Assembly (NCBI GenBank): GCA_964016885.1
Contig: OZ024743.1
Coordinates: 67,766,001 to 67,830,000, forward strand
Direction of reading: 5' to 3'
Length of the DNA stretch: 64,000 bases
Source: Eledone cirrhosa
Lineage: Eukaryota
A program made the position numbers and the translations under genes. Below are positions 1 through 12,381 of the stretch, piece by piece. Position 1 is the first letter of the stretch; the number at the start of each line of letters is the position of its first letter. The notes below the pieces were generated by a model. That model did no database searches, was not told the DNA's origin, and saw nothing but the letters and a program-made list of their open reading frames with translations.

Positions 1-733
1 TAGAATTGAATCCAACCACCGACAACGTAGTTGGATGACCGATAATCACACCAAACCGGAGTACTGTGATCCTTGTGACTTCGAGTAATACAACCACTGA
101 CACTGTTACGAAGACCAGAAAACCATACTCCATAATATTGGACCAAGTGATTGATTTGTGCGACCAAAATAACACCACACACATATTGAACTAGGAATAT
201 TGGATCCTCCGTCAATTTCTGGGTGAGCAAAAACAGATTTCTATCTGCATTGGAATTTACGAACTTGTGCATATGCTGTGGTGTCAAAAACAAACGCACG
301 TGACCGCACATATGAACAATGGACTATGCCACCTGGGTTGAACCTGCAAGTTTTTTGAAGGATGTGCAACTCTGATATACAGATTATTTATTATTAAGAT
401 GTATAAACTTGACATAACTATTATCATCTTATATTCTCTCAACTAATCACGTTTGATTTTATTTCTCTATCCCGTTTACTCCCCCCATATTTATAATTTT
501 GTTATGTGAAATAATCGGTTTTTTTACATTGTGTTTTTCCCTTTCTAATACTTGCTTATATTTCTTTATATATTCTCTATATATTTTTTTAATTTATATA
601 TATATATTTGTTTATATTTATTCTTATTTTCACTTTTATCCTCCGTTATATTTTATCTTATTCTTACTTTTATACCTTATTTTATACCTTATTTTATACC
701 TTATTTATCTTCCCCATGCCTTATTATACATTC

Positions 734-862
734 GGTGGATTGGCAGTATCGGTAGAGGGTCGGACGCCATGCTTTCCAGCATAGTTACGTCCCTTTACGA
801 TCTGAGTTCAAATCCCGCCGAGGTTGACTTTGCCTTTCATCCTTACGGGGTCGATAAAATAA
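734..862 (+). mobile_element. tRNA-derived SINE family 1, 3'-truncated
   Basis: A box TGGCAGTATCGG, B box GAGTTCAAATCC, conserved body GACTTTGCCTTTCATCCTTACGGGGTCGATAAAAT; about 15 homologous copies in the window. Confidence 0.85.
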
Positions 863-1218
863 TCAATCATATAAAGATTTTGCCACCAGATCTACCAACC
901 TAACACTCTTATTTACCTACCTAAGTGCCTCTACCACACATATCTCTCTGCCACACTATATAAACAAGACGCACATGCGTGCCTCACATATAACATTTGC
1001 ACTATATAACCACCTATCTTCATGTTGTACTTTAACCTATATCTTTGATTTTGATTGTACCTATTAATATAAATGAAATCTCGAAGTGTGTACTGCCACT
1101 CTAAATTCTGTAATGAATGTTGACCCACAATGTTTGAATATGTATCAATGTTTGAATATGTATTGGTATGTCTCTCGGCTGAAAAGGAGGTCATATAACT
1201 GTCCATGCATTAATAAAT

Positions 1219-1265
1219 TGCTCCGAAGAATCCAAACCTCGGTTTGGAGGAAACAGCTGTAAGCA
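1219..1265 (+). ncRNA. degenerate minimal type I hammerhead ribozyme
   Basis: TGCT-CCGAAGA-A[TCCAAACC/GGTTTGGA]G-GAAAC-AGCT-GTA-AGCA; U4>C and a mismatched stem II base pair; lies about 40 bp before a (TA)n tract. Confidence 0.55.
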
Positions 1266-1296
1266 CAATAATGTTTTGAACAGTTCTTTGATTCTT

Positions 1297-1384
<88 letters not shown>

Positions 1385-1394
1385 TGTGTGTGTT

Positions 1395-1900
1395 TGTAGA
1401 TAAATCTACCAAAATATACGGTAGTGTACAATCCGTATGAAGAACTCAATGTAATCCAAATATCTGAAAAGAGAAGATGCTTTCAAACATTTTCGATGAA
1501 AATCACAGGAAAACAGAGTCAAGATAAATTAATAAATACAATGAATAAAAACAAAGAACAAGTTCCTCATATTAAAAAATTCATCATTTTACGATCGTTT
1601 CTCGGATATATATTTGTGTTGGTATGTATATCATATAGATCTATGTACACATTTTACAAACTATCAGAGGAAATATACATATCTTCACATATATATGCTG
1701 TCTTCAGAAAAAAAGATTATTTCTGAAGACAGCATATATATGTGAAGGTATGTATATTTCCTCTGATAGTTTGTAAAATGTTTACATAGATCTATATGAT
1801 ATACATACCAACACACATGTATATCCTAGAAACGATCGTAAAATGATGAATTATTTAATATAAGGAACTTGTTCTTTGTTTTTATTCATTGTTTTTATTA

Positions 1901-1906
<6 letters not shown>
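1395..1906. mobile_element. fold-back (PLE pseudo-LTR-like) insertion with HHR motif
   Basis: Inverted arms 1524-1710 / 1720-1906 (about 187 bp), unique tail 1395-1523, flanked by (TA)n on both sides. Confidence 0.85.
1716..1847 (+). ncRNA. hammerhead-like motif with very long stem II insert
   Basis: Stem I ATTATTT/AAATGAT, CTGAAGA, ATATATATGTG...CACATGTATAT helix, GAAAC-GATC-GTA (palindromic loop III); base of stem II degenerate. Confidence 0.55.
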
Positions 1907-1978
<72 letters not shown>

Positions 1979-1980
<2 letters not shown>

Positions 1981-2590
1981 TGGCTGCCAACTCGTTTTCG
2001 AGTACGGCCACTACTTTATATCCATGTAGGAGAACCCCCACTGATGCGCTGAACAAGTGTGATATTTAGTCCAGCCAGTGGCTTGAAAACTCTGGTACAA
2101 ACACTACACTTGTGACAATTATTGACACATAGTGCTGGGCCCATGGTTCCATGTGACGACAAGTGCTGAGAGATCTCCAGATATAAAGCAATGCCTGTGC
2201 CGTGAAGCTTTTATAGTGAGCAAAGGCCGTGTACAAAGCCAGTCCCACTCTTTTAACCAAGATGATATTTACCAAAAAGAAGAACAAGTCAACATCATTG
2301 GATACCATCAGGGTTGCAGGTGTTATATCAGAGTTTTCCTTCTCCTAGAATTCTGCCTTGACAAAGGCTAAGGGGTCATCACTCCTTCTGATTTTGGATG
2401 GCCATTGACTCTTAAGAGTTCCTTTACCCTTTCACAGGTTTTGTTTTTAGTCCTGCAGGATGTCCAAAGTCCCCCCCCCCCATCACCAAGAAACCTTGGT
2501 GGGGTTGCCAGTTTAGTCGCCAACGACCCGACCATGAGACAGGTTGTACTGGGATACATGTTACCAGTAGCACCAACTGGTGTCTTGACA
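1979..2590 (-). mobile_element. non-autonomous RTE-type retroelement (5' UTR-like part plus 3' tail)
   Basis: Terminal stem-loop TGGC..CTCGTTTTCGAG..GCCA shared with 13895-13930; minus-strand TTCTAGGAGAAGGAAAACTCTG resembles RTE 5' UTRs; flanked by (TA)n. Confidence 0.45.
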
Positions 2591-3523
2591 TTATATATAT
2601 TTTATATATATATAAATAAATATATATATATATATTTATATATATATAAGTTTTGACCGCATTTCTACTGGCTGTTTATTGTTGAGTAGCTACTAGAAGT
2701 ATCGGTGTATTTCTATTCCAAATCTTATTTCTACATCCATCTCGTTAATTCGTCTCCATTAAAGTCCTTTGTGCTTTTCTCCAAATGTTTCGAAAGTAAT
2801 ATATTTACATTTATCTCTTATTGATTTCTCGCTCCCTCCTTCTTTTTGCCCCTCACTCTCTAATTGAGCTCTATATGTTACATCCACTCCATCATCAGAC
2901 TCTCGCCAACATATCAAGCCACCAAATATCTCAGATACTATTGTTCTTATTCTTGTTTGTTTTTATGATTGATAGCTCGACTGTTTACTCTGATATCACA
3001 TAAAATAGAGAAGATAAGAGAGTCTGATATGTTTTGTTAATTTATTACGAAGCCAAACAAAAAAACTGTTTACTTCTATATTCTTTCATTTTTTTTTTGC
3101 TTTTTAGTGAGATATTTTTGATATGAATTAAGCAACCTACCTCTATTTAACATGGCATATACTGGGTGAACTATGGCTTATGTGAAAATATAATCACTTA
3201 CACACACCCACCAACAACAACAAAATGAAAATACAATAGAAATACATTCAAACACATAGAACAACATAATTAGTTTTATATGTTGGTAAACTAGGAGGCG
3301 ACGTGTTGGTGGAGTGGTTACTCTCTCGGGGTGAAAACTTTGCTGTATATATTCCGGCTCTGTTCCCCGGTTTCAAATATTTCTGTGAGCAACTTTGCTT
3401 TTCATAATTTCGAGGGCAATTATAAAAAAACATACTAGTTCTGAATTATGGTAGATTCTTCCACTATATCTCTTCCTCTCTCTCACTCTCACACACACAA
3501 TTTCTCTCTCTCTCTCTTCGCAC

Positions 3524-3557
<34 letters not shown>

Positions 3558-4160
3558 CCCCCTCTCTCTCTCTCCCCACCCCCTCTCTCTCTCACACAAT
3601 CTCTCTCTCTTAATGTCTTTTGAAAATGTTGGCAGTGGTCTGCTATAAAGAGGTGATGGTCACAGGCAGATTTAAAGTGCACAAGACGCACTGTAACTCT
3701 CTACGCCGCTAGTACCACTCTGGAAATACAAGTCCATGCATACACTGGAAAATTAATTAATGACGAGATTAAACAATGCAAAATAAACTTAATTAACTCT
3801 TACTTTCTAACTGGGCTGAATTCAATTTGACTTTCTATGTAATTTAATCTATCTTATTTTTTGGCCGTATCCGATATTTCACCGGTTTGGTATAATATGA
3901 CAGTCGTTCTGGCAGTGGCGTTGTTGGTTGTTGATTTGCCAGAGATAGTAGTGGAACAGCTTACCAGTGGGTGAGATGTTGGCTGTGAGGTTATCAAGGC
4001 TGGCGGCAATAAAAGTGACGGAGGTGGTGATCTAGCGGGTGTCTCTGGTAGCAGTATTACAGGTCGTGTGGTTTGTGCTAGTGCAGGCAATAGGTTTGAT
4101 CTTGGAGACGGTGGTCTAGCGGGAGTTCTGGGGGTGGTATAATTACAGGTAGTAGAGGAC

Positions 4161-4836
4161 GATGGATTGGCAGTATCGTTAGAGTGCCGGACAACATGCT
4201 TTGCAACAAAGAATTACGTCCTTTTACGTTCTCGCCTTAATTAACAGTAAATCTTTGTTTTGGTTGACTTGTCAATCTTTCCCGCTAAACCCTCTTTATA
4301 TAACTATGCGCATTGTACCGGCTTTCCTACTACCACTTTCGGGGGGGGGGGTGATTCGATAAAATCGACCCCAGTGCGTTATTGGTGCTTTATTTTATCG
4401 ACACCGTAAGGATGAATGGCAAAGCTAATCTCGGTTGGATTTGAACTCAGGAAGTAAAGGAGTGTAACTCTATGCTGCGGAGAATGTTGTCCAACGCTCT
4501 ACCGATACTGCAAAACCACCTCCTAATGAACAGAAAATAGTGGTTTATGATTTAGGCGTGACTGCTACTTTATTTTATCGATCCCGTAAGGATAAAGGCC
4601 AAAGCTAACTTCAGCTTGATTTGAACTCCGATTAACAATGAAATAATAAAATAATTGTTTCTACTTTTAGCACAAGGCCAGCAATTACCCAATGCATTAC
4701 TGGTACTTTATTTTATCGACCCCGTAAGGATTAAAGGCAAAGTTAACCTCGGCGGGATTTGAACTCAGATCATAAAGGGTCGTAACTCTTTGCTGCAAAT
4801 CATGGCGTCCGACCCTCTACCAATACTGCTAATCCA
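4161..4836. mobile_element. cluster of SINE family 1 copies (head 4161-4226 +; 4341-4520, 4555-4630, 4645-4836 -)
   Basis: Repeated TTTTATCGAC(A/T/C)CCGTAAGGAT...GATTTGAACTC body, reverse complement of 734-862. Confidence 0.85.
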
Positions 4837-5259
4837 AAAAATAAGAAGGGAAAGTTTGAGTAAATATCATCACTGCAAAGCAGAGTGAATCAGCTTCTTA
4901 GCTCATTGCCTTTACCACGTCTCTTCTACCTTGGACAACGTTTCATTAAATTAAACCAAGATTTATGAAATATTGGTAAATTAGTGTAAAGTTTGACGTT
5001 CGGCAAATGGCCACTCCAATGGATAATCATCTAATGAGGGATTATATCGGCTTGGTCAGCCTGTGAATGACAGCCGGATTAGCTGTTGAGTGATGCACAT
5101 TGTAAAGTAAGGTTATCAAATGTCATCAATATTAGGAGCTCGTCATTCAACTAAAAAAGGGTTAAGGTGATAATCGCTCACAAACAGATTTCATATATCA
5201 ATAGATGCTTTATAAGAGGAATAGCAACAGCAGTGACAATGACATCAGCAATACCAGTA

Positions 5260-5317
5260 ATGGAGATGATGATGAAGATAATGATGAGGATGATGGTCAT
5301 GCTGTTGATGATGATGT

Positions 5318-5351
<34 letters not shown>

Positions 5352-5575
5352 GATAATGATGAGGATGATGGTGATGCTGTTGATGATGGTGATGATATTG
5401 ATGATGATGATGATGATGATGATGGTGATGATGATTTAGATAATGATAATGTTGATGATGATGATGATGATGTTAATGATGATGATGTAGATGATAATGA
5501 TAATGATGATGATGTAGATAATAATGATGTCGATGATGATGATGAGGATGTTGATGAGAGTAATGAATATTGATG
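5260..5575. repeat. degenerate (GAT)n microsatellite
   Basis: Direct reading; explains the poly-D and poly-M ORFs. Confidence 0.95.
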
Positions 5576-5762
5576 ATCCCCACCAACACCGTCCTCATTA
5601 TCTTATTTGGAGGTGATGATTATCCCTCCTCCAACTCATATCATTGTTGATGCTTTATTATTTAACCCCATAAGGCTGGCTCAACAGATCCATGAATAAA
5701 AGGCGTTCAAAAATTGAGCAGCTCATCTTTCTCTATGTATATCGGGTCAAAATTTCCAATAT

Positions 5763-6031
5763 AGTGGTAAGAAATTCCCGGCAGGGGTAGACAGCAGAAG
5801 GTATTCAGAGAAGGGCAATCCCCTCCACAAGCAAATGTTTCGGTCTGTAACTTTATTTAACGGATTAAAATTAAAATGAACATCGTAACAACACAGAAGA
5901 CGTAATAAAAATATTATTTGAAATATATAGGAAATATATAATGCAAAATCTTTGTTTTGGTTGACTTGTCAATCTTTCCCGCTAAACCCTCTTTATATAA
6001 CTATGCGCATTGTACCGGCTTTCCTACTACT
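5763..6031 (-). mobile_element. solo-LTR-like or short-TIR element
   Basis: Imperfect inverted termini AGTGGTAAGAAATTCCCGG / CCGGCTTTCCTACTACT; TATATAAAG and AATAAA on the minus strand; flanks ATAT/ATTT; 85 bp identical copy of the right end at 4249-4333. Confidence 0.45.
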
Positions 6032-6036
6032 ATTTT

Positions 6037-6247
6037 GGTTTGGCAGAATCGGTGGGGCGTCGAACAACAAGCTTTGTGGTATAGAGTTACGGTCATTTAA
6101 GTTCTGAACTAAAATCCCCTCGCGGCTAGCTTTGCTTTTCATCCTTACGAGGTCGATAAAATAAAGTACCAGTGAGGCACTGGGGTCGATTTAAACGATT
6201 TCCCACTGCCCCCAAATTGTTGACGTTGTGCCTAAATCAGAAACCAT
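6037..6247 (+). mobile_element. SINE family 1, full length
   Basis: A box, degenerate B box, body and 3' tail GTTGTGCCTAAATCAGAAACCAT. Confidence 0.8.
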
Positions 6248-6432
6248 GTCTTACAAATCCCTCAATGCTTTCTATGAGCTATACCATATTTGTATTATAT
6301 TCCTGCACAGAGAAATAGAAAAATGCTTTTTACATCATGTTCATCAGAAGTAAAATAAAACAAGTAAACCAGCTGGTGAGAGAGAGGGTAAGAGGGAAAT
6401 GGGGATAGGGGTGGAGAAAGGGAGCAAGTGTG

Positions 6433-6648
6433 ATAATGTTTTTTTTTATATAGGCACAAGGCCTATTTGGGGAGAGTGGGAAGTCGATTAAATTGACTCC
6501 AGTACGTTGCTGGTGCTTTATTTTATCGACCCCGTAAGGATGAAAGGCAAAGTTAACATTGGCAGGATTTGAAATCAGGCCATAAATGGCCGTAAGTTTA
6601 TGCTGCAAAGCATGGTGTCCGACCCTCTACCGATACTGTCAACCCACC
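6433..6648 (-). mobile_element. SINE family 1, full length
   Basis: Reverse complement of the family; head abuts the (AAT)n tail of the LINE. Confidence 0.85.
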
Positions 6649-6698
<50 letters not shown>

Positions 6699-6993
6699 TA
6701 ATAATAATAATAAAAAAAATAATAATAATGGTTTCTTTATGGGCTACAAGGTCTAACACGAAGAAAAACGTTAGAGACGGCACAGAACAGTACAGAACGA
6801 TACAAAGTGGGTTTTGTTAGTGTAAACAGGTTATAACAAAATCGGGCTAGAAATCAAAAAAGTTCAATCAACAAATATTCCCCAGGAAAGGGGAAACCTC
6901 CGAGGGTCACACGTGGTAAAAAAACACACAAAAGACCACGGCCACCCTGACCACCAGGGCAAGCGCCCTCTCTCACTTCCCGCACTCCTCAGT

Positions 6994-9900
6994 CTACAGG
7001 CGTATACTCAGAGCGGGCCCGTTTACTCGGACCAGACTCTCCACTTTCACGCACCTTTCAACAAACGTACTAGAAGACAGCACTCCAGCCTCTCCACCCT
7101 TATTTCCCCCTTCAAGTGAAACTTGAAAAAGTTAATCAGGGATTGGCCGGAGACGAAAATATCCGTCTTCAATCCTTTCAACATTGTCCACCACACAATC
7201 TCTTTCGCCATGGCCACCAGGAAGATGAAAACTGCCTGCCCTTCCTCCACAAGTCAGCAATCCCCGGGCACTGAACGAATGCGTGCAGGACGGTTTCGTC
7301 CGCGCATCTCGGACAGGCTCAGCTGACAGCACCTCCATGCCTGTAACGCTTATCTCGAACCGGCAACGCTCCTCAGTAGCAGTGCCAGGCCAGGAATTTC
7401 TAGAATTGTCCATATGCTCCAGTCTGAAAGTTCTCTTGAAGAGAGCGAACAGCTGATCTTCTTCGACACCCAGGGTCTCCCCGAGAACGTCGTTGCTCTT
7501 TCTTTCCACTGGCCCTCTATAGGACGCCGAGGTGGATGTTCCACCGATACTAGTGCCCAGCTAGTAGAGGCCATTGAGCGCTTGGACACATCCCAGCTTC
7601 CAAGCGCTATCCCTCGGTCTTTACCTGATCCAGGACTGCAGCTCAGTCAAGGAGACGAGCTGGGGAAAAGCGCGTCTGGCAAACGGCGACCACACCAGTT
7701 CCCCGTCAAGGAAGCACAGGGATGTTGCAGCCTCATCGCATATTTTGCGCATCTTCAGCCACGGCATCACTAATCCTCCACGTAACGGGTGTTGACAGCA
7801 AATGGATTGTCTGACCATGGGAGCATGTCCCTTCCAGAAAAAAGCGAAAGACAAGGCGCTCCATTTTCATCAGAGTTGGGCGGGGCAAGGTACGACGGTC
7901 AGGCGGTGGAAGATGACGGACGCGATGTACGGATTCGCCACCTCCGGCCGACCTTTCAGAGACAGCCTTCTCTCGGCCCATTTCTGGGTGAGAGGCCACC
8001 CTGCTCGTCACGTCGCTCCAGTTTTTCTCCATCTGGATGTCCGCATCGAACCAGAGCCCGAGCAATTTAACCGGTGCTTCCGTCCAGCGCCCCACGACGC
8101 TGTCAGATGGCATGGACTTGCCTCTCCAGGTACCGATTTGCAATCCCACCGACTTTTCGTGGTTTATCTTTGCTCCTGTCACCGCTTCGTATTCCTTGAG
8201 AGCGGTCCCGAGCATCTGGACGTGTTTGATGTACGACACCACCACGGTGACGTCGTCGGCGTAAGCTGACACTGATATCCCGCATCCCAGTTTTCGTGGG
8301 ACACCCCCTCCCCTCATCGTCTCCAATTTGTGCAGTAACGGTTCGAGGGCCAGTACATACAAAAGGGACGAGAGGGGGAAACCCTGGCGTACCGGGCGCA
8401 TGGTGCTGTATGGCTGCAACGGGTGACCATTCACCCTCACGATCAAGCAAGTGTCGCTGTGCATCGCAATGATCCAGCACCTAAAAACGCGCTCGAAGCT
8501 GGCCACCTCGCGTATCGCAACTAGGTACCGATGGTCGACACTATCAATAGCTTTAGATTGATCCGAGTTGATCAGGGCCCCACCCGTGCCAGGTTCCTTA
8601 ACCACCCTCTCTATGATGTATCGCATGAGATGGAGGTTGTCGTAGATGGATCTGTCCGGAATGGCGCATTTCTGCGCCAATCCCACCAGATCACCGAAGA
8701 CAAGCGCCAATCTCTTTGTAAACACCTTGGACAAAATCTTAAAATCTGCGTTTCGGAGAGTTATGGGCCTGAAGTTGTCTATTACGTCCCCTTTCTTCGG
8801 TTCTTTTCTTAGCAGCGCCCCCGCTCCCCGGCTCACAAAACTGGGAATGCTCCCGTTCTGCTGCCAGTTGCGTTAGACATCTGCCAAGAGATCGCCGAAC
8901 AAGTCTGGCACATACGCATAAAGCTCGTAAGGCAGACCATCCAAACCTGGCGATTTACCCCTCGTGCATCAGACATCGCTTCCCGTTTTTCACCTGCTGT
9001 TATCGGCTTTTTGCAGCAATGCGCTGGGGTCGTCGAGAGCCGCGGCATTCCGTTGAGGTATGCAGCGAAGTCTATACACTGATCCCGCCCGCCGCCGCTC
9101 CCGAACAATTGAGCAAAGTGCTGTTGAAAAGCCGTACACATCTGCTCGGGATCGAGCAACATGCGCCCGTTTTGATCAGGAAAAGACTGAATTGTGGACT
9201 TCTTGCCACGTCGCGCCTCCACCACCCGGGCTCATTGAACGGCTTTCGTCCCCTCGTGTCTTAGAGCTCGCGCTCTAGCTCTGACAACGCAGCCTTCATG
9301 CTTTGCGTTGAAGAATTGGTCGAGTGCCAATCTCGCCGCAAGGACGTCGGTTGCGATGCCTGTCCTAAACGCCTCTTCTAGCATTCTAACTAACTCTCCC
9401 TCGACTCTATTTTCCTCTATCACTACTTCTTTGCAAAACCTTATCGATTCTACTCTAATAGCCCTTTTCAGGGTAAACCACCACCCGTGGTTGACGATCG
9501 CACCCGTCAACGCAAGCTTAACTAATTCGCTAATCTTGTCTTTGTAAGATTTGCGCGCCGGGAACGACGCGTCAGCTTCCATGGAGTCTATCTAAGTCAA
9601 CTTCACAGATCACAAATTTGTGGTCCGTGTAGTCGACTACTTTAAAATGTGGACAACCTACACTAGCCTTATCTGTTTCCCTACAGAATACCCTATCTAA
9701 ATACGGACTGGATGACCCGATGCGGTTTGCTCATGTCCACATTGACACTTTCGGATAATCCAGTCTATACCTGTTAGACAGCTCAAAAGGTCTGAGCAGG
9801 TTGTTGAGGCTTTTACACACTTCTGCCCTGTCTACTAGGCCCACATAATACCAGCATGCATCTAAGATACCGTTCCAGTCGCCCAATAACACTAAAGAGC

Positions 9901-10294
9901 GGGACGTTCCAAGAAAGATCTCTAGACGTCTGAAGAAATCTGGCCGTCCTGCTCCTGATGGGGCGTAGACGGCTACTAGCCTGAAAACATTGCCTTTGCT
10001 GCCGGTCATGTCCAGCACCACCGACTTACCTTCTGGGTGATGGCCCGTATGGTGAAATCCAAGCCTCACCGAAAAAGCACAGCAAATCCTCCCCCCCGAT
10101 CCTTGACGGCTGGGAGATGCGTATACATCGTAGCCGCCAAAGATCGGTGCGAAGGCTCGTGTTTCGGAGATTCTGGTCTCGCTAATGGCCACCACATCTA
10201 TGTTTAGGGACCTGAGGCCGTTGAACAGGTGACCCTGCTTCCACGATGATCCCAGGCCACGTACATTTATACTGCCTATTCTAAGTACGGCCAT
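6994..10294 (-). pseudogene. LINE ORF2 (apurinic endonuclease, reverse transcriptase, C-terminal region), disrupted
   Basis: MAVLRIGSINVRGL, VAISET, VAVYAP, LLGDWN (APE); NFRPITLRNADFKILSK, VRQGFPLSSLLYVLALEPL, SAYADDVTV (RT); split over ORFs 9731-10330, 9232-9582, 8833-9225, 7733-8836 and 7047-7509. Confidence 0.9.
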
Positions 10295-10329
10295 GTTGGA
10301 TGTGAAACGGGGTAAGTGAGAAAGGATCA

Positions 10330-11596
10330 CTTACCTTGATCGTGTTGTTAAGGGACAGTAGAACCGTCCCTTTGGCTGGTCATGGGTGTTTCCAAGAGGA
10401 TCTCGGCGTATATCCTGTTGGTAACCGACCCTCTGAAGTCTCCAACTGCGTTGGGGAATTTTTTCTTTTAACAGTTTGGAAGTAGGGGGGGGGGCCTCTT
10501 CTTGGCTGTCTCATGCGGGCAGAAGGCTCTGAGGTGACCCTTCTTTCTGCCCACAGAGATAGCGCCTTGGGCGCCTTCCTTCCACTCTTATAGGGAGTTG
10601 GTGTTCTTCATCGAGGTCTATGATGTTTGGAATGGCCTCGATGCACCTACTGTATTAGCATTTACATGCCTATTCCTGACAAGTTCTCTCTTCCGATTCT
10701 CGGTATTTGCAGTATGGTGGTCTTCTCCTCGATTCCAGCCAGTACAGACGCGGCCAGCCAAGGTATGGTCATGACGAGCGGGACCTGGATCACTTTGACC
10801 CTCACAATTTTCTGTCCGCAGTAGGGGGGCACCAATACTATCTCCTCACTCTTTAGGGTTTCCAAAGAGTGAGACTTCGCCTCTTAGGAGGTGGCGAAAA
10901 GTACGTCTTTGTGGCGTACTTTTTGTCTCGGGTGATGTGGGTTTTGCGTCCACTGACTCACCCCATCCGACGTGCCATTTTGCTTACGGAGCGGTAAGTT
11001 ACCGTGCGCAACTTCTGGTCTTTGAAGAAATCGTGTGGAGGTTTCAGGGAATCTCTATTGTCTTTTCTTGACACCATGGTTCTTGCGACTGCCATCTCCT
11101 CCTCCGTGACTAGCACTGTCTTTATATTTCCGACCACACCTGCGAAAGAAGTGGCCCCTTTCTCAGCGGCACCATTATTGTGGGGCCACTGCTGCTACTG
11201 GTATTGTTGGTGTTGCTGTTGCTACTGCTACAAACGGTGTTGTTGGTGTTGTTTCCCTTATCACTGTTGTAGTTGGTTGTGTTTTTGGTGCCACTGTTGT
11301 TGTTATTTTCGGTGCAATTTGTATTGTTGCTGTTGGTGTTGCCGTTGTTTATTTTCTTGTTAGTGGTGTTAATATCGTTGTTGCATTTGCTGTCATTTTT
11401 TTTGTTGTCTGTATTTTTGTTGACGCTGTTATTGTTATAGTTGGTAATTTTTTTATATTAGTGTTCTCAGTGTTGTTGTCTTTGTTCACGTTGTTTGCGG
11501 TGGTGTTTGTTGTATTAATTTCACTAACCCTCCTCCCAACTTTTACGCCGTTGACACACGACAGCAGACATATTGCTGGGGGCGTGGCTCAGCCAT
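10330..11596 (-). pseudogene. LINE ORF1 (gag-like), disrupted
   Basis: ATG at 11596 (MAEPRPQ), T/N/Q/A-rich low-complexity N-terminus, SFAGVV motif, degenerate CCHC knuckle (LCGQK..GHLRAFCP) near 10510-10565. Confidence 0.7.
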
Positions 11597-11784
11597 TTTT
11601 TTTATTTAAAAAGTAAAATGTTCAAATATTAATCAAATATTTGGCCCAAATATTATACTTTCCCCTTCACAGGGCAAAGTCCGAGGGCTTATATCCCTTA
11701 CACAACAAGAAAAATTAAGCAACAAATAATAACAGGTAAATAAAGCGACTTACTGGGAGCGAGCAAAAAGCGTCCGAACAGACC

Positions 11785-12012
11785 AATAATAATAATTTTT
11801 TTATTATATAGGCACAAGGCCAGTAATTTGGGGGGAGGGGAAAGTCGATTAAATCGACCCAGTGCGTGACTGGTACTTTATTTTATCGACCCCATACGGA
11901 TGAAAGGCAAAGTTAAACTCGGCGGGATTTGAACTCAGACGGAAAAAGGCCGTAACTTTATGCTGCTAAGCATGTCGTCTGACCCTCTACTGGTTCTGCC
12001 AATCCACCACCT
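11785..12012 (-). mobile_element. SINE family 1, full length
   Basis: Reverse complement of the family; its ATT tail directly precedes the LINE 5' end. Confidence 0.85.
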
Positions 12013-12381
12013 ATGGAGAAAAATAATGAGGGAGTGTGAGACATAGAGGAGGCAGACATAAAACATTCATTCAAAGAACATAAATGAGCCAGATATTTAG
12101 CTGCTGATCACATCAATACCATTTTGAATGTGACAGAGAGGAAGCGCATCATTGGATATGGTGCTGTGAAATTTAAGAGAGATTTGACTGTTATTTCTAG
12201 CAGATTCAATGAGTACGTAGAAGCTTCTTCATTTGCTTTTTATATTTTGCTTTAAGTAGAACGATTCACCATTAGATAAGCAGACACATGACTGCGCGAC
12301 GGGAGATTTAACAAATAAGTTAGTTTGATGTATTAGGTCTCTGATGTGCCCAATAGAAGGTAGAATCACAAATAAATTATA

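Larger units (their letters stand above)
6649..11784 (-). mobile_element. full-length degenerate L1/Tx1-clade LINE
   Basis: 5' UTR, ORF1, APE-RT ORF2, short 3' UTR and (ATT)n tail (6649-6729); multiple frameshifts and stops. Confidence 0.9.

Noticed and set aside
734-820. tRNA genes at A-box/B-box motifs
   Set aside because: No cloverleaf or acceptor stem; each runs into a SINE body.
2780-2907. Minus-strand CTGATGA...GAAAC as a hammerhead
   Set aside because: No stem I complement or convincing stem II and stem III.
3854-4160. Pro-rich minus-strand ORF with a two-fold internal repeat
   Set aside because: Short, with no recognisable domain, ATG start or splice signals.
5167-5573. Poly-Asp or poly-Met protein (aspein-like)
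   Set aside because: It is a (GAT)n microsatellite with no signal peptide or splice context.
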